Source: Candidatus Hermodarchaeota archaeon
Lineage (GTDB): Archaea > Asgardarchaeota > Heimdallarchaeia > Hodarchaeales > Hodarchaeaceae
NCBI GenBank assembly: GCA_048886185.1
Contig: JBHLKY010000012.1
Span: forward strand, 97,981-129,980
DNA: 32,000 nt
Direction: 5' to 3'
A program made the position numbers and the translations under genes. Below the pieces are notes generated by a model, which ran no database searches, had not been told where the DNA came from, and saw nothing but the letters and a program-made list of their open reading frames with translations. This document shows, in pieces, positions 17,692 to 26,315 of this stretch (position 1 is the first letter of the stretch; every line of letters starts with the position of its first letter).

Positions 17692-19491
17692 GTGAGATTG
17701 TTGGAAATAATACAGCAAGATATTCTTGAAATTGATCTTACAACACAAAGAGTTAGACGCTATCCACGACCAGAATTATTTACCAAATGGTTAGGTGGTG
17801 TAGGAATTGCCATCAATTTATTACATGAGAATGTATCACCCGAAGCAGATCCTCTAGGAGAAGATAATGCCATTATCTTTGCGATAGGCCCGCTGTCAAC
17901 ATTCTATCCAATTATTTCCAAGACTGTTGCTGTTTTCAAAAGTCCTCTTACTGGTGATCTTGGTGAATCATATGCAGGTGGGCGATTATCACTTGCAATG
18001 CGTTTTACAGGTTTGGGTGCCATTATTATCAAAGGTAAATCGGAAAAAACATGTTTTATCTCAATTACAGATGAAAAAGTTGATATCAAACGAGCTGGGC
18101 CACTTGCATACATGTATACTTCAACTCTAGGTAGGGTTCTGCGAGATCTTATTCCAGTTGGCCCTGGGAGAAGGTCGTCTATCCGAATTGGACAAGCAAG
18201 CGAAAATCTTGTCAAATATGGAAATGTGATAGTTGACAGTTTTCGTCATTTTGGCAGATTAGGGGTTGGGACTGTTCTTGGAGCCAAGCGGGTGAAAGCA
18301 ATAATACTGAGTGGATCAAAGGAAATACCTCTAGATTCCTTAAATATAGATAGACGTAGTTATCTAAAAACATACCAAAAAATCTGGGATCTATGCGTCA
18401 AAACAAATAGTATGAGAAAATATCATGTTTTGGGAACTCCTCAAAGTGTGCTGCCATTAAACGAACTTAATTCATTACCTACAAAGAACTTCAAATTTGG
18501 GAGATTTGAAATGGCAGAAGGTATTTCAGGGGAAAAATTTGTAGAAACATACCTTGGAAGACGAATATCATGTAATACTTGTCCAGTAGGTTGTATTCAT
18601 GTAGCAATCCTCCGAGAACGTTATGGAGCTGACTCCCCCGCTGACATACATTCAATAGCAGTTCCCTATGATTATGAACCTATGTATGCCCTTGGATCAA
18701 CTTTACAGATTGGTGATGGTATCGAATTACTGAAATTAATAGAACAGACTGAAAGATTAGGAATGGACGCCATTACTACAGGTGTCATTCTAGGATGGAT
18801 GGCCGAGGCTTATGAAGAGCAATTACTATCTGATGAAGATACTAAAGGATTACCTATCAGGTTTGGCAGAGTTAATGATTTCCTGGAGATCATAAAAAGA
18901 ATTGCTTTTCGAAATTCTGAAGAAAAGGATCTTTATTGGTATGCTGGAGAAGGATTGGATCAATTAACAGAAAAATACGGAGGAAGTGAATTTGCAGTGC
19001 GTTTTAACAATAATCCTCCAGCAGGTTATTCTACTGGCCCTTACAGTATGATCGGCCATGCTATTGGAGCAAGACATTCTCATTTAGATAACGCAGGATA
19101 TTCCCTTGATCAAAAAACTTTCGATAGAACTCTTTCTCCTTCAGAGGCGGTACTGGCGTTAGCTAAAGAGGAGGAATGGCGTAATGTTTTAAATTCGTTA
19201 ATAATTTGTTTATTTGCTAGAAGTATATACACTCCTCAAATTGTTACGGAATGCCTGCAAAATCTTGGAACAAATAAAAGTGAAGAAGAATTAATACAAT
19301 TGGGATTAGAAATCCAAAAATTAAGAATTAAAACAAAATTACGTTTTGGATTTGAATATGAAACGTTAATTGAGAAAATTCCAAAACGTATTTATGAGAT
19401 GCCCACTGCTCATGGGAAAATCCCTAAAACACAACTATCTAATCTATTTAAAGCTTATACTATTCTTTTAAAAGAAAGATATTCGATTTAA
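17692..19491 (+). CDS. Aldehyde:ferredoxin oxidoreductase family large subunit (possibly GOR-L clade)
   Basis: LGGVG, KSPLTGDLGESYAGG, HFGRLGVG, CNTCPVGC, GMDAITTG, GARHSH and ICLFA. Confidence 0.93.
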   Translation: MRLLEIIQQDILEIDLTTQRVRRYPRPELFTKWLGGVGIAINLLHENVSPEADPLGEDNAIIFAIGPLSTFYPIISKTVAVFKSPLTGDLGESYAGGRLSLAMRFTGLGAIIIKGKSEKTCFISITDEKVDIKRAGPLAYMYTSTLGRVLRDLIPVGPGRRSSIRIGQASENLVKYGNVIVDSFRHFGRLGVGTVLGAKRVKAIILSGSKEIPLDSLNIDRRSYLKTYQKIWDLCVKTNSMRKYHVLGTPQSVLPLNELNSLPTKNFKFGRFEMAEGISGEKFVETYLGRRISCNTCPVGCIHVAILRERYGADSPADIHSIAVPYDYEPMYALGSTLQIGDGIELLKLIEQTERLGMDAITTGVILGWMAEAYEEQLLSDEDTKGLPIRFGRVNDFLEIIKRIAFRNSEEKDLYWYAGEGLDQLTEKYGGSEFAVRFNNNPPAGYSTGPYSMIGHAIGARHSHLDNAGYSLDQKTFDRTLSPSEAVLALAKEEEWRNVLNSLIICLFARSIYTPQIVTECLQNLGTNKSEEELIQLGLEIQKLRIKTKLRFGFEYETLIEKIPKRIYEMPTAHGKIPKTQLSNLFKAYTILLKERYSI

Positions 19492-19502
19492 AGCATTAGA
19501 GA

Positions 19503-20333
19503 TCAGCTAGTTTGGGCTACTTGCTTAGCTTTCCTATTTATCATTAGATTTCCAAACCAAATGAAGACAATAGAGAAGAAAAAAGTAATAATTGGTACAC
19601 GAAAAAGAAGATTATTAGTTGGTTGTAACCACAATACCAGCAAAGTAGCAACAAGACTAGGTATAAACAAATACGCCCCTGTTCTTAACACCCAAAATCC
19701 ATTTGTGCCATATTTTGGCTTGAAACGTCTGGGAAGACCCCCAAAGGATGCAGCGTCACCAATAATTCGATTAAGTTGGGTCTCGGACGGAGATGTAGAA
19801 AAATAAACAATTAATCGTTTGAATTTTTTCCGAAAGATCCCAAATGTTATGAGATCAAATACTCCGAGTAAAAGCGCTAAACCCAGTTCGATTCCCAAGG
19901 CTACCATTGGTCCTAAGACTGGTGCTAGAAAAATCAAAAGGAAGAATATTGCTATAATTAAGAAAAAAATTATTATTGCTCCTGATGAATCACTACTAGT
20001 ATCACAATCACTACTTCCTGAACAATCAAGGTAGGTACAATCACTTCTTCTAGAAGTTTCTTTACGTGATCTTGTCCGAAGGGAAGTGCGTCCTCGTCCT
20101 GTAGTGGGATACCGTGAACTTCGACCACATTGGTAACCACCACACCAATAGTATCCATGCCAGCAAGATTCTTCAGTTAAATAGTAGATTTCTCCATTAC
20201 CAAAAGTATGTCCCTTTTCACGTGAGCAAATAGTGTCACGACTTGCCAACGGAAATATCTCCGCTGTAATTCCATGAGAATTACATATTTCTTTTATAGA
20301 ATCTGAAGATATACCATTAAATTCAATTTCCAT
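19503..20333 (-). CDS. Hypothetical membrane protein with a Cys/Arg/Ser-rich N-terminal region
   Basis: 276-aa ORF filling the gap between genes. Low-complexity Cys/Arg/Ser block followed by about 4 TM helices. No family recognised. Confidence 0.7.
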   Translation of the reverse strand: MEIEFNGISSDSIKEICNSHGITAEIFPLASRDTICSREKGHTFGNGEIYYLTEESCWHGYYWCGGYQCGRSSRYPTTGRGRTSLRTRSRKETSRRSDCTYLDCSGSSDCDTSSDSSGAIIIFFLIIAIFFLLIFLAPVLGPMVALGIELGLALLLGVFDLITFGIFRKKFKRLIVYFSTSPSETQLNRIIGDAASFGGLPRRFKPKYGTNGFWVLRTGAYLFIPSLVATLLVLWLQPTNNLLFRVPIITFFFSIVFIWFGNLMINRKAKQVAQTS

Positions 20334-20367
20334 GATTTATACCTCATAAATATCTACTTCAATTTAC

Positions 20368-21396
20368 TTAAGAGCAGAATCTTCTTTTTATAACACGAAG
20401 AGCATGTAATTCCCCTAATAATAGCAGTTTGGAGCCAGTTATAACCTTATCATTAACATCAGGATGAGCTTGTTTATCAATAGCTAAAATCGAGACATTA
20501 TATAACTCTTCAAGGGTTCCGACTTGGACTGGCTCAAATTGAGAATTTAAGTCTAATTCCATTAAATGAAATTCCGTATCACCTTTTTTAGATTTGAAAG
20601 TTTGAATAATGCCATCTTCAAAACTTGTTGCAATAAAAGCGGGTGCAGCAATTGCAGATGTACTAATAGCTGCATCTATACCAAATAAATCAGTAACTTT
20701 CTGAGCAAAATCTTGGTCAAAGGCGCGGATAACTGTTCGTAATTGTGGATTCAATTCTTTAGCTTTGGTAGCTATCTTAAAATTAATCATATCATCATTA
20801 GTGACCGCTAATAAAGCACGAGCTTTCTTAACATTTGCTTGCACCAAAACTGTATTCTTGGTAGCATCTCCAAAAATAACTGCAATTTTGGAATCTTCGA
20901 GTAGCTGCTCGATAATTTCTGTATGTTTCTCGCTCTCAACAGCTATTACAGTAGTCTCAATACCATCTTCTGCTAGTTTATGTAGGATCCGTGTTCCTAC
21001 ATTCCCTAAGCCTACTAAAATTGTGTGGTTTTCCATCGTATTTGCCAACCATTCATTCCACGCGTGGAGGCGGTATCGAAAGGTAAAAACAACCATTCCA
21101 ACTTCAATAATACCAATTCCAATTATGATCAGACCTAAAAATGGATAAACTACGTAAACAAGTTTAATTATAATTTCACCCTCATGAGGAAAGGAATAAA
21201 CTTCCATGGAAAAGAGAAGTGCAATTATAGCAAGAATTGAATCGATTAAATCTCCAGAGTAATGAGAATCGTAAGTTGAATGATAAAAAAGTTGAAATAT
21301 CAGAGTACCACAGATAATTGTAACAAATAAAACAACGAGAACAGTCTTTAACTTGTTAAAAGCTAAAAGGAAGCTCCTCAAGAAGATCTTAACCAT
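20368..21396 (-). CDS. Two-TM channel-like protein with an RCK/TrkA domain
   Basis: Two TM helices around a pore-like helix, then GLGNVG, FGDAT, AVTNDDMIN and an RCK-C-like tail. No GYG filter. Confidence 0.82.
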   Translation of the reverse strand: MVKIFLRSFLLAFNKLKTVLVVLFVTIICGTLIFQLFYHSTYDSHYSGDLIDSILAIIALLFSMEVYSFPHEGEIIIKLVYVVYPFLGLIIIGIGIIEVGMVVFTFRYRLHAWNEWLANTMENHTILVGLGNVGTRILHKLAEDGIETTVIAVESEKHTEIIEQLLEDSKIAVIFGDATKNTVLVQANVKKARALLAVTNDDMINFKIATKAKELNPQLRTVIRAFDQDFAQKVTDLFGIDAAISTSAIAAPAFIATSFEDGIIQTFKSKKGDTEFHLMELDLNSQFEPVQVGTLEELYNVSILAIDKQAHPDVNDKVITGSKLLLLGELHALRVIKRRFCS

Positions 21397-21522
21397 TTTT
21401 ATGGTTCCTTCATCTTTACAGCGTTATCTGAACAATAATTTAAAGCAGTAATGATCTCTTAAGAATGACAGTCTAATAAGAATTAGATCTACTTTAAAGG
21501 ATCACTTATTGAGGAAAGGGTT

Positions 21523-22326
21523 ATGCGACAATTTATATGTGGCGGAAACTGGAAAATGCAGATACCTCACGTAGATGAGGCTAAAAGAGTTGCAGTAAGC
21601 ATTGCAAATGCAATAAATGACATTTTCTCAGTCGAAGTATTCATTGCTCCTTCTTCTAACGCGTTATACAGCATTGGAAGGTCTATAGCAAAAACAAAGT
21701 TAAAACTAGCAGGCCAAAACATCCATTATCATGAGAAAGGAGCTTTTACTGGAGAAACATCAATTTTATCTCTAATTGAGGCAGGATGTGAATATGTTCT
21801 TATTGGCCATAGCGAAAGACGACGGATTTTTGGTGAAACTGATGAAATCATCAATCAAAAAATACTTTTAGCCTTAAAAAAAGGATTAAAACCCGTCTTA
21901 TGTATAGGTGAAACCGCTGAAGAACGTGCTGATGGAAAAATAGCTGAGATCAATCAGAATCAATTAGCTGGAAGTTTACAACATGTTTCACAAAGAGATC
22001 TTCAAAATATTATAATTGCTTATGAACCCGTTTGGGCTATTGACAATAGATTTCTTAATCCTACTAGTCAGATAAAACCTGCAACACCTAAACAAGCAAG
22101 TGAAGCGCATAAGATCGTACGAAATTGGATAAAAGAACACTACAGTCAAAGCGCTGCAAATGAGATTAGGATAATTTATGGAGGTTCAATGAAAGAGGAA
22201 AACGCTTCTGAGATCCTTATGCTGGAGGATATTGATGGAGGACTGATTGGTGGAGCATCATTAACAGCCAAAAGCTTTGTTCCAATCATACGTCTTGCTG
22301 AAGAACTTTTACAAAAAGAAATTTAA
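21523..22326 (+). CDS. tpiA: Triosephosphate isomerase, bacterial/eukaryotic type
   Basis: GGNWKM, QN, GAFTGE, GHSERR, AYEPVWAI, YGGS and GGASL. Confidence 0.97.
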   Translation: MRQFICGGNWKMQIPHVDEAKRVAVSIANAINDIFSVEVFIAPSSNALYSIGRSIAKTKLKLAGQNIHYHEKGAFTGETSILSLIEAGCEYVLIGHSERRRIFGETDEIINQKILLALKKGLKPVLCIGETAEERADGKIAEINQNQLAGSLQHVSQRDLQNIIIAYEPVWAIDNRFLNPTSQIKPATPKQASEAHKIVRNWIKEHYSQSAANEIRIIYGGSMKEENASEILMLEDIDGGLIGGASLTAKSFVPIIRLAEELLQKEI

Positions 22327-22478
22327 TTTAAATGGCATGGTAATACTCTACGATTTATAGAGTAAGTTTCTATCATGAAGGGGTGTTTTTCCTTTAAGCT
22401 TTTGATTGCATTTTTTTCCTTGTTTTGTAATTAATAACATACATTATTAGGTCAGAATAACTCATAATCAATTTCAGT

Positions 22479-22494
22479 GGAAGGTATTTATAAG
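22479..22494 (+). promoter_or_regulatory. Candidate archaeal BRE/TATA promoter of the dodecin gene
   Basis: Purine-rich GGAAGG followed by TTTATAAG, about 65 nt upstream of the ATG, which has an AGGAG RBS. Confidence 0.35.
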
Positions 22495-22556
22495 AGAATT
22501 AAGTAGTGTAATTTACGTGGTTTTCATATACTAAAAACCTTCAGGAGTGTAATATT

Positions 22557-22763
22557 ATGGAGTCAACGTATAAAGTTATCCAGCTAGTAGGCTCATCCCC
22601 AACAAGTTGGGAAGAGGCGGTAAAGAACGCTGTTGAGAAAGCGTCTAAGACTCTTCGTGATTTACGTATTGTCACGATTGATCAGCTAGATTGTCGAGTT
22701 GAAGAGGGCAAAATAGCTGCTTTTCGAGCACGAGTTCGCCTCAGTTTCAAGATGGAAGACTGA
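22557..22763 (+). CDS. Dodecin (flavin-binding)
   Basis: YKVIQLVGSSPTSWEEAVKNAV..A..TLR.L...YRA-like RARVRLSFK pattern in a 68-aa protein. Confidence 0.92.
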   Translation: MESTYKVIQLVGSSPTSWEEAVKNAVEKASKTLRDLRIVTIDQLDCRVEEGKIAAFRARVRLSFKMED

Positions 22764-22812
22764 AGATCAGTCTTCTTAATTTACCTTTTTTTAAAAAGCA
22801 AGGGGATTATGG

Positions 22813-23247
22813 TTGAGTAATAGAAAATACCCTAAAAGACCTTGGGTTAGCGCACATGCGATTATTTTTGATAAATCAAGAAAAAAAATCCTTTTGACAA
22901 AAAGAGCGGCTCCACCAAAGGCTCATTTCTGGTTTCCACCTGGAGGTGCAATCGATGTGGGTGAAACAGTGATAGAAGGATTAGATCGGGAGATACAAGA
23001 AGAAACAAACATCACTGCCCAAAATCTACATTTTATCGACTATATAGATGGTATTACTCAAGATAGTGAAGGTAAAATAATTTATCATTTTGTGGTATTT
23101 ATGTTTCAAGCCGAATATCTCGAAGGAAAAGTCAAAGCGATGGATGATGCATTAGATGCTAAATGGGTATCAATCGATAAAATTTTTTCAAAAGAAATAC
23201 CTGTTCCAGAAGAGTTGGTATTTATTCTTAGAGAAATGAAGCTTTGA
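22813..23247 (+). CDS. NUDIX hydrolase
   Basis: Nudix box GAIDVGETVIEGLDREIQEETNI, and DDALDAKW. Confidence 0.92.
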   Translation: MSNRKYPKRPWVSAHAIIFDKSRKKILLTKRAAPPKAHFWFPPGGAIDVGETVIEGLDREIQEETNITAQNLHFIDYIDGITQDSEGKIIYHFVVFMFQAEYLEGKVKAMDDALDAKWVSIDKIFSKEIPVPEELVFILREMKL

Positions 23248-23263
23248 TTAATGTGAGATACTT

Positions 23264-24067
23264 TCATCCCGATTTGGTTATAATCTGTCCAATTGCTTCC
23301 ATATAATCATCTGGGCCTATTAATAACAGATCATTATGTCCTGCTCCTGGAATAATTAGAAACTCCTTATGTTCACTTCCCAGATTTTTGTGTAAAGCAG
23401 CACCATCTTCTAGAGGAATAATCATGTCGTTTTCTCCATGAATAATAAGCGTAGGAATCCTAATAGATCCTAACAAGGATAAAGCAGATGCTTGTTCCTC
23501 TCGATCTGGAGGTAATAATGAAGAAGAGATACCTAACCGTCTAAGTAAGTTATAAGTATAAATAAAACCACTCTCAATTATTAAACAGGATAATTGTTCT
23601 TGATAGTGACTTGCGATTTCGATTGCTGAAGCACTTCCAAGAGATCTACCCATTACAGATACTTGTCCAATGAATTCCTTTTCAGAAAGATACCTACGAA
23701 ATCCCTGATAAATTGCATGAGCATCCCTAATCATACTAGAAAAGGATGGATGACCACCACTTTGACCATAACCACGATAATCTGCAACAAAGAAGTTTAT
23801 CCCCATATGTTGATATGTTGGCCCTATAAAATCATAATCTGTGGCAATTTCTCCATTCCCATGAAAGAATAATATTGTTGGAGCAAATTTACAGTTGTTT
23901 GTTAAATAAAAACGTCCAACAATATGAATATCCTCATCAACGGAGATTGAGAGTGAGTAAGTATCAGTTGTTTCTCTGGGTTTTCCTTGGTGTTTTCTGG
24001 GGTAAAAAACTAATCGAATAATTTCAGGATGATCCAGAAATGCCAAGTCTCTTTCACTATGAATCAT
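23264..24067 (-). CDS. Alpha/beta hydrolase (ABHD/BEM46-like)
   Basis: FHGNGE, DYRGYG, nucleophile motif GRSLG, IHGENDMIIP and GAGHNDL. Confidence 0.92.
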   Translation of the reverse strand: MIHSERDLAFLDHPEIIRLVFYPRKHQGKPRETTDTYSLSISVDEDIHIVGRFYLTNNCKFAPTILFFHGNGEIATDYDFIGPTYQHMGINFFVADYRGYGQSGGHPSFSSMIRDAHAIYQGFRRYLSEKEFIGQVSVMGRSLGSASAIEIASHYQEQLSCLIIESGFIYTYNLLRRLGISSSLLPPDREEQASALSLLGSIRIPTLIIHGENDMIIPLEDGAALHKNLGSEHKEFLIIPGAGHNDLLLIGPDDYMEAIGQIITKSG

Positions 24068-24088
24068 TTTTCACACATTATCTCATCT

Positions 24089-24832
24089 TTACAATGTTAT
24101 TGGGACAAATGTATCAAGAAGAATTTTAATTACAGTCATAATAGGAATATAAACGAAAATAGAAGCAACTAAATCCCAAATATAATGTTCTCCAAGATAA
24201 ATTACTGAAAAACAGAAAAAAACTGCTAAGGTTAAAAAGAAGAAAATACCCAAATACCAGCCTCCCCAAGGATTGTCAAAGGAGAAAAATAAGCATAAAA
24301 GGCCGCCAGCTAACATCATTCCGAAATGGTTGCTTGGCAATCCATTATAGAGTAATCCATTCACATTATCGCTTTGCTTGAATTTTAGAAGACGAATTGG
24401 AATGACTGGTAATTCACGATTAAATTCATTCCATCTAATCGGTACTACGACAGGAAAAATAAACTGAATAGACATTGATGTTCCCCAAGCGGTTAATGTC
24501 ATAATACCATAACGCCAAGCGTTTTCTCCTTGTAGTCCACAAATGAAAACTTCTATAACAACAGTAATTGCAAAAACCCAAAACCAAACTTGAATGGTTA
24601 CAAAATCTAAGATTTTCGCTATTAATTCATTTGATCTGAGGTGTTTCTGCAAGAATTGTGTTGGTTTTGGATTCATAAAGATAGCGCGCTTCCGCACCCG
24701 GTCAGGTGTTTGCCACTTATTAGCACTCAGCCAAAAAATTAGCATCGCAATCATTAGAAGTAGAAGAAAAACATTGAAGGGCTCTGCAAATGCTTCCTGA
24801 TAAACTTCGATTACTTCATCCCATACAACCAA
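24089..24832 (-). CDS. PAP2-superfamily membrane enzyme, AUR1/inositol-phosphorylceramide-synthase-like (PAP2_3 type)
   Basis: About 6 TM helices, IFPVVVPIRW, GLPSNHFG and SVIYLGEHYIWD (His-His-Asp triad). TTG start after GGTGA. Confidence 0.72.
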   Translation of the reverse strand: MVVWDEVIEVYQEAFAEPFNVFLLLLMIAMLIFWLSANKWQTPDRVRKRAIFMNPKPTQFLQKHLRSNELIAKILDFVTIQVWFWVFAITVVIEVFICGLQGENAWRYGIMTLTAWGTSMSIQFIFPVVVPIRWNEFNRELPVIPIRLLKFKQSDNVNGLLYNGLPSNHFGMMLAGGLLCLFFSFDNPWGGWYLGIFFFLTLAVFFCFSVIYLGEHYIWDLVASIFVYIPIMTVIKILLDTFVPITL

Positions 24833-24935
24833 GAAATCACCGACAATAATTGCTCAATCTCTGAAATAAGGCGAGTATGAGAAGAATTTTTTCAAGTTCT
24901 TGTATATTACGCTAGAGAGGATTAGATTTATACTA

Positions 24936-25352
24936 TTATTTCTTTTTCTTCTGTAGTTTTAGAAACCCTGATGCATCTAAAAATGATTGCGCTTTCTCAA
25001 AATCAGCTTCATCTACTGAAAAAGCAATATCTGCTCTTTTCGCAGCGAAACGTAATACAAAAAACGATAAAAGCCGTATCCCCTGATCTTGAAAAAGCTG
25101 AGCGAAATGGCCAAATGAACCAGGTTCATCCGGAATAGAGGCGATCAAAGTTTCTTGAGTGGAAAAAGGAATGTTGATACTCCGCAGTGCTTTTATGGTA
25201 TCTTGCTCATTATCAGTAAGTATTATTGCCGTACATACCCCAAATGCACTTGTACCTGCCATTGAAATAATATCAATATCTTTTTGACCTAATGCTTTCC
25301 CGATTTGAGCAAGTGCATTACTATTCTCAAGATGAATCACAAATTGTTTCAA
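24936..25352 (-). CDS. Tandem ACT-domain protein
   Basis: 138 aa with two ACT-like repeats (LENSNALAQIGKAL...IDI and IPDEPGSFGHFAQLF...GI.L). Confidence 0.82.
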   Translation of the reverse strand: MKQFVIHLENSNALAQIGKALGQKDIDIISMAGTSAFGVCTAIILTDNEQDTIKALRSINIPFSTQETLIASIPDEPGSFGHFAQLFQDQGIRLLSFFVLRFAAKRADIAFSVDEADFEKAQSFLDASGFLKLQKKKK

Positions 25353-25431
25353 ACATAATCCCTCGAGGTAGAAAATTTTTATTCATGTTTGCTTATAAAT
25401 CATTTTAAAAAAAACACTTTTACAAAAATTA

Positions 25432-26172
25432 CTATAATATTTGAGGAAGTTCACTTATGTCTGAGATGATTTTGTGGACATTAAATTCTTTTATTTTTTC
25501 TTTTTTTAATGGATCCTGAGAGGAACTTACCCAGAGAGCTTTTATACCAAAATCTAAAGCTCCTTTAATATCTGTGACAATTTCGTCACCAACATGAATG
25601 ATGTGTTTTTTACTCCGATATTTTAAACCTGCGGTTGCTGCAGAGAAAATTCTTGGGCTTGGTTTTCTCCAGCCTAAATCTCCTGAAAAGATAATCCGTT
25701 CAAAGTAATTATTTTCTAAGCTTAATTTGCTGAGTATATCCCAGCCATTTTGGGCCCACGAATGGTTTGAGGTCAATACCAGTGTATATTTTTTTTCTTT
25801 TAAATAATCTAAAGTGTCAATTAATCCTGGAAATGGATGAATTATTGGTAATGCTAATTCAAAATAGAATTTAATTATCTTAGTTGCTAATATTGATAGA
25901 TCAGGAGATAATTTAGTATATTTTTTTAAGACTTCGAAAAGGAGTTTATCATTACGAAATTCCTTTTCTGTCTCTTTATTATTAAATTTTTCTCTCATAA
26001 TAGTATAATAATCCGATATTATATCATCAAGAGACACCTGAGGAATTTTCTGCTGAAGTTCTGGAAATTGGAGAAGAGATTTTTCCATGTGAGACCTGAG
26101 ATCGAAGGATCGACGATCTATATATACCAAGGTATTAAAAAGATCTAGAGAAACAACATCGAAGGATTTCAT
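25432..26172 (-). CDS. HAD-superfamily hydrolase (subfamily IA)
   Basis: DLFNTL, LTSN, WRKPSPRIF and HVGDEIVTDIKGA. Confidence 0.9.
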   Translation of the reverse strand: MKSFDVVSLDLFNTLVYIDRRSFDLRSHMEKSLLQFPELQQKIPQVSLDDIISDYYTIMREKFNNKETEKEFRNDKLLFEVLKKYTKLSPDLSILATKIIKFYFELALPIIHPFPGLIDTLDYLKEKKYTLVLTSNHSWAQNGWDILSKLSLENNYFERIIFSGDLGWRKPSPRIFSAATAGLKYRSKKHIIHVGDEIVTDIKGALDFGIKALWVSSSQDPLKKEKIKEFNVHKIISDISELPQIL

Positions 26173-26315
26173 TGAAGATCATATCATTATACTTCAAATT
26201 CTATTGTACGGAGTTATTGAGGGAAGTGTCGATATTTCATATAAGATAGTATCTTGACCACAGGTGGCAAGGTGATAAAAAACCTTTACGCCAAGAATAG
26301 CAATGAGTTTCAACG

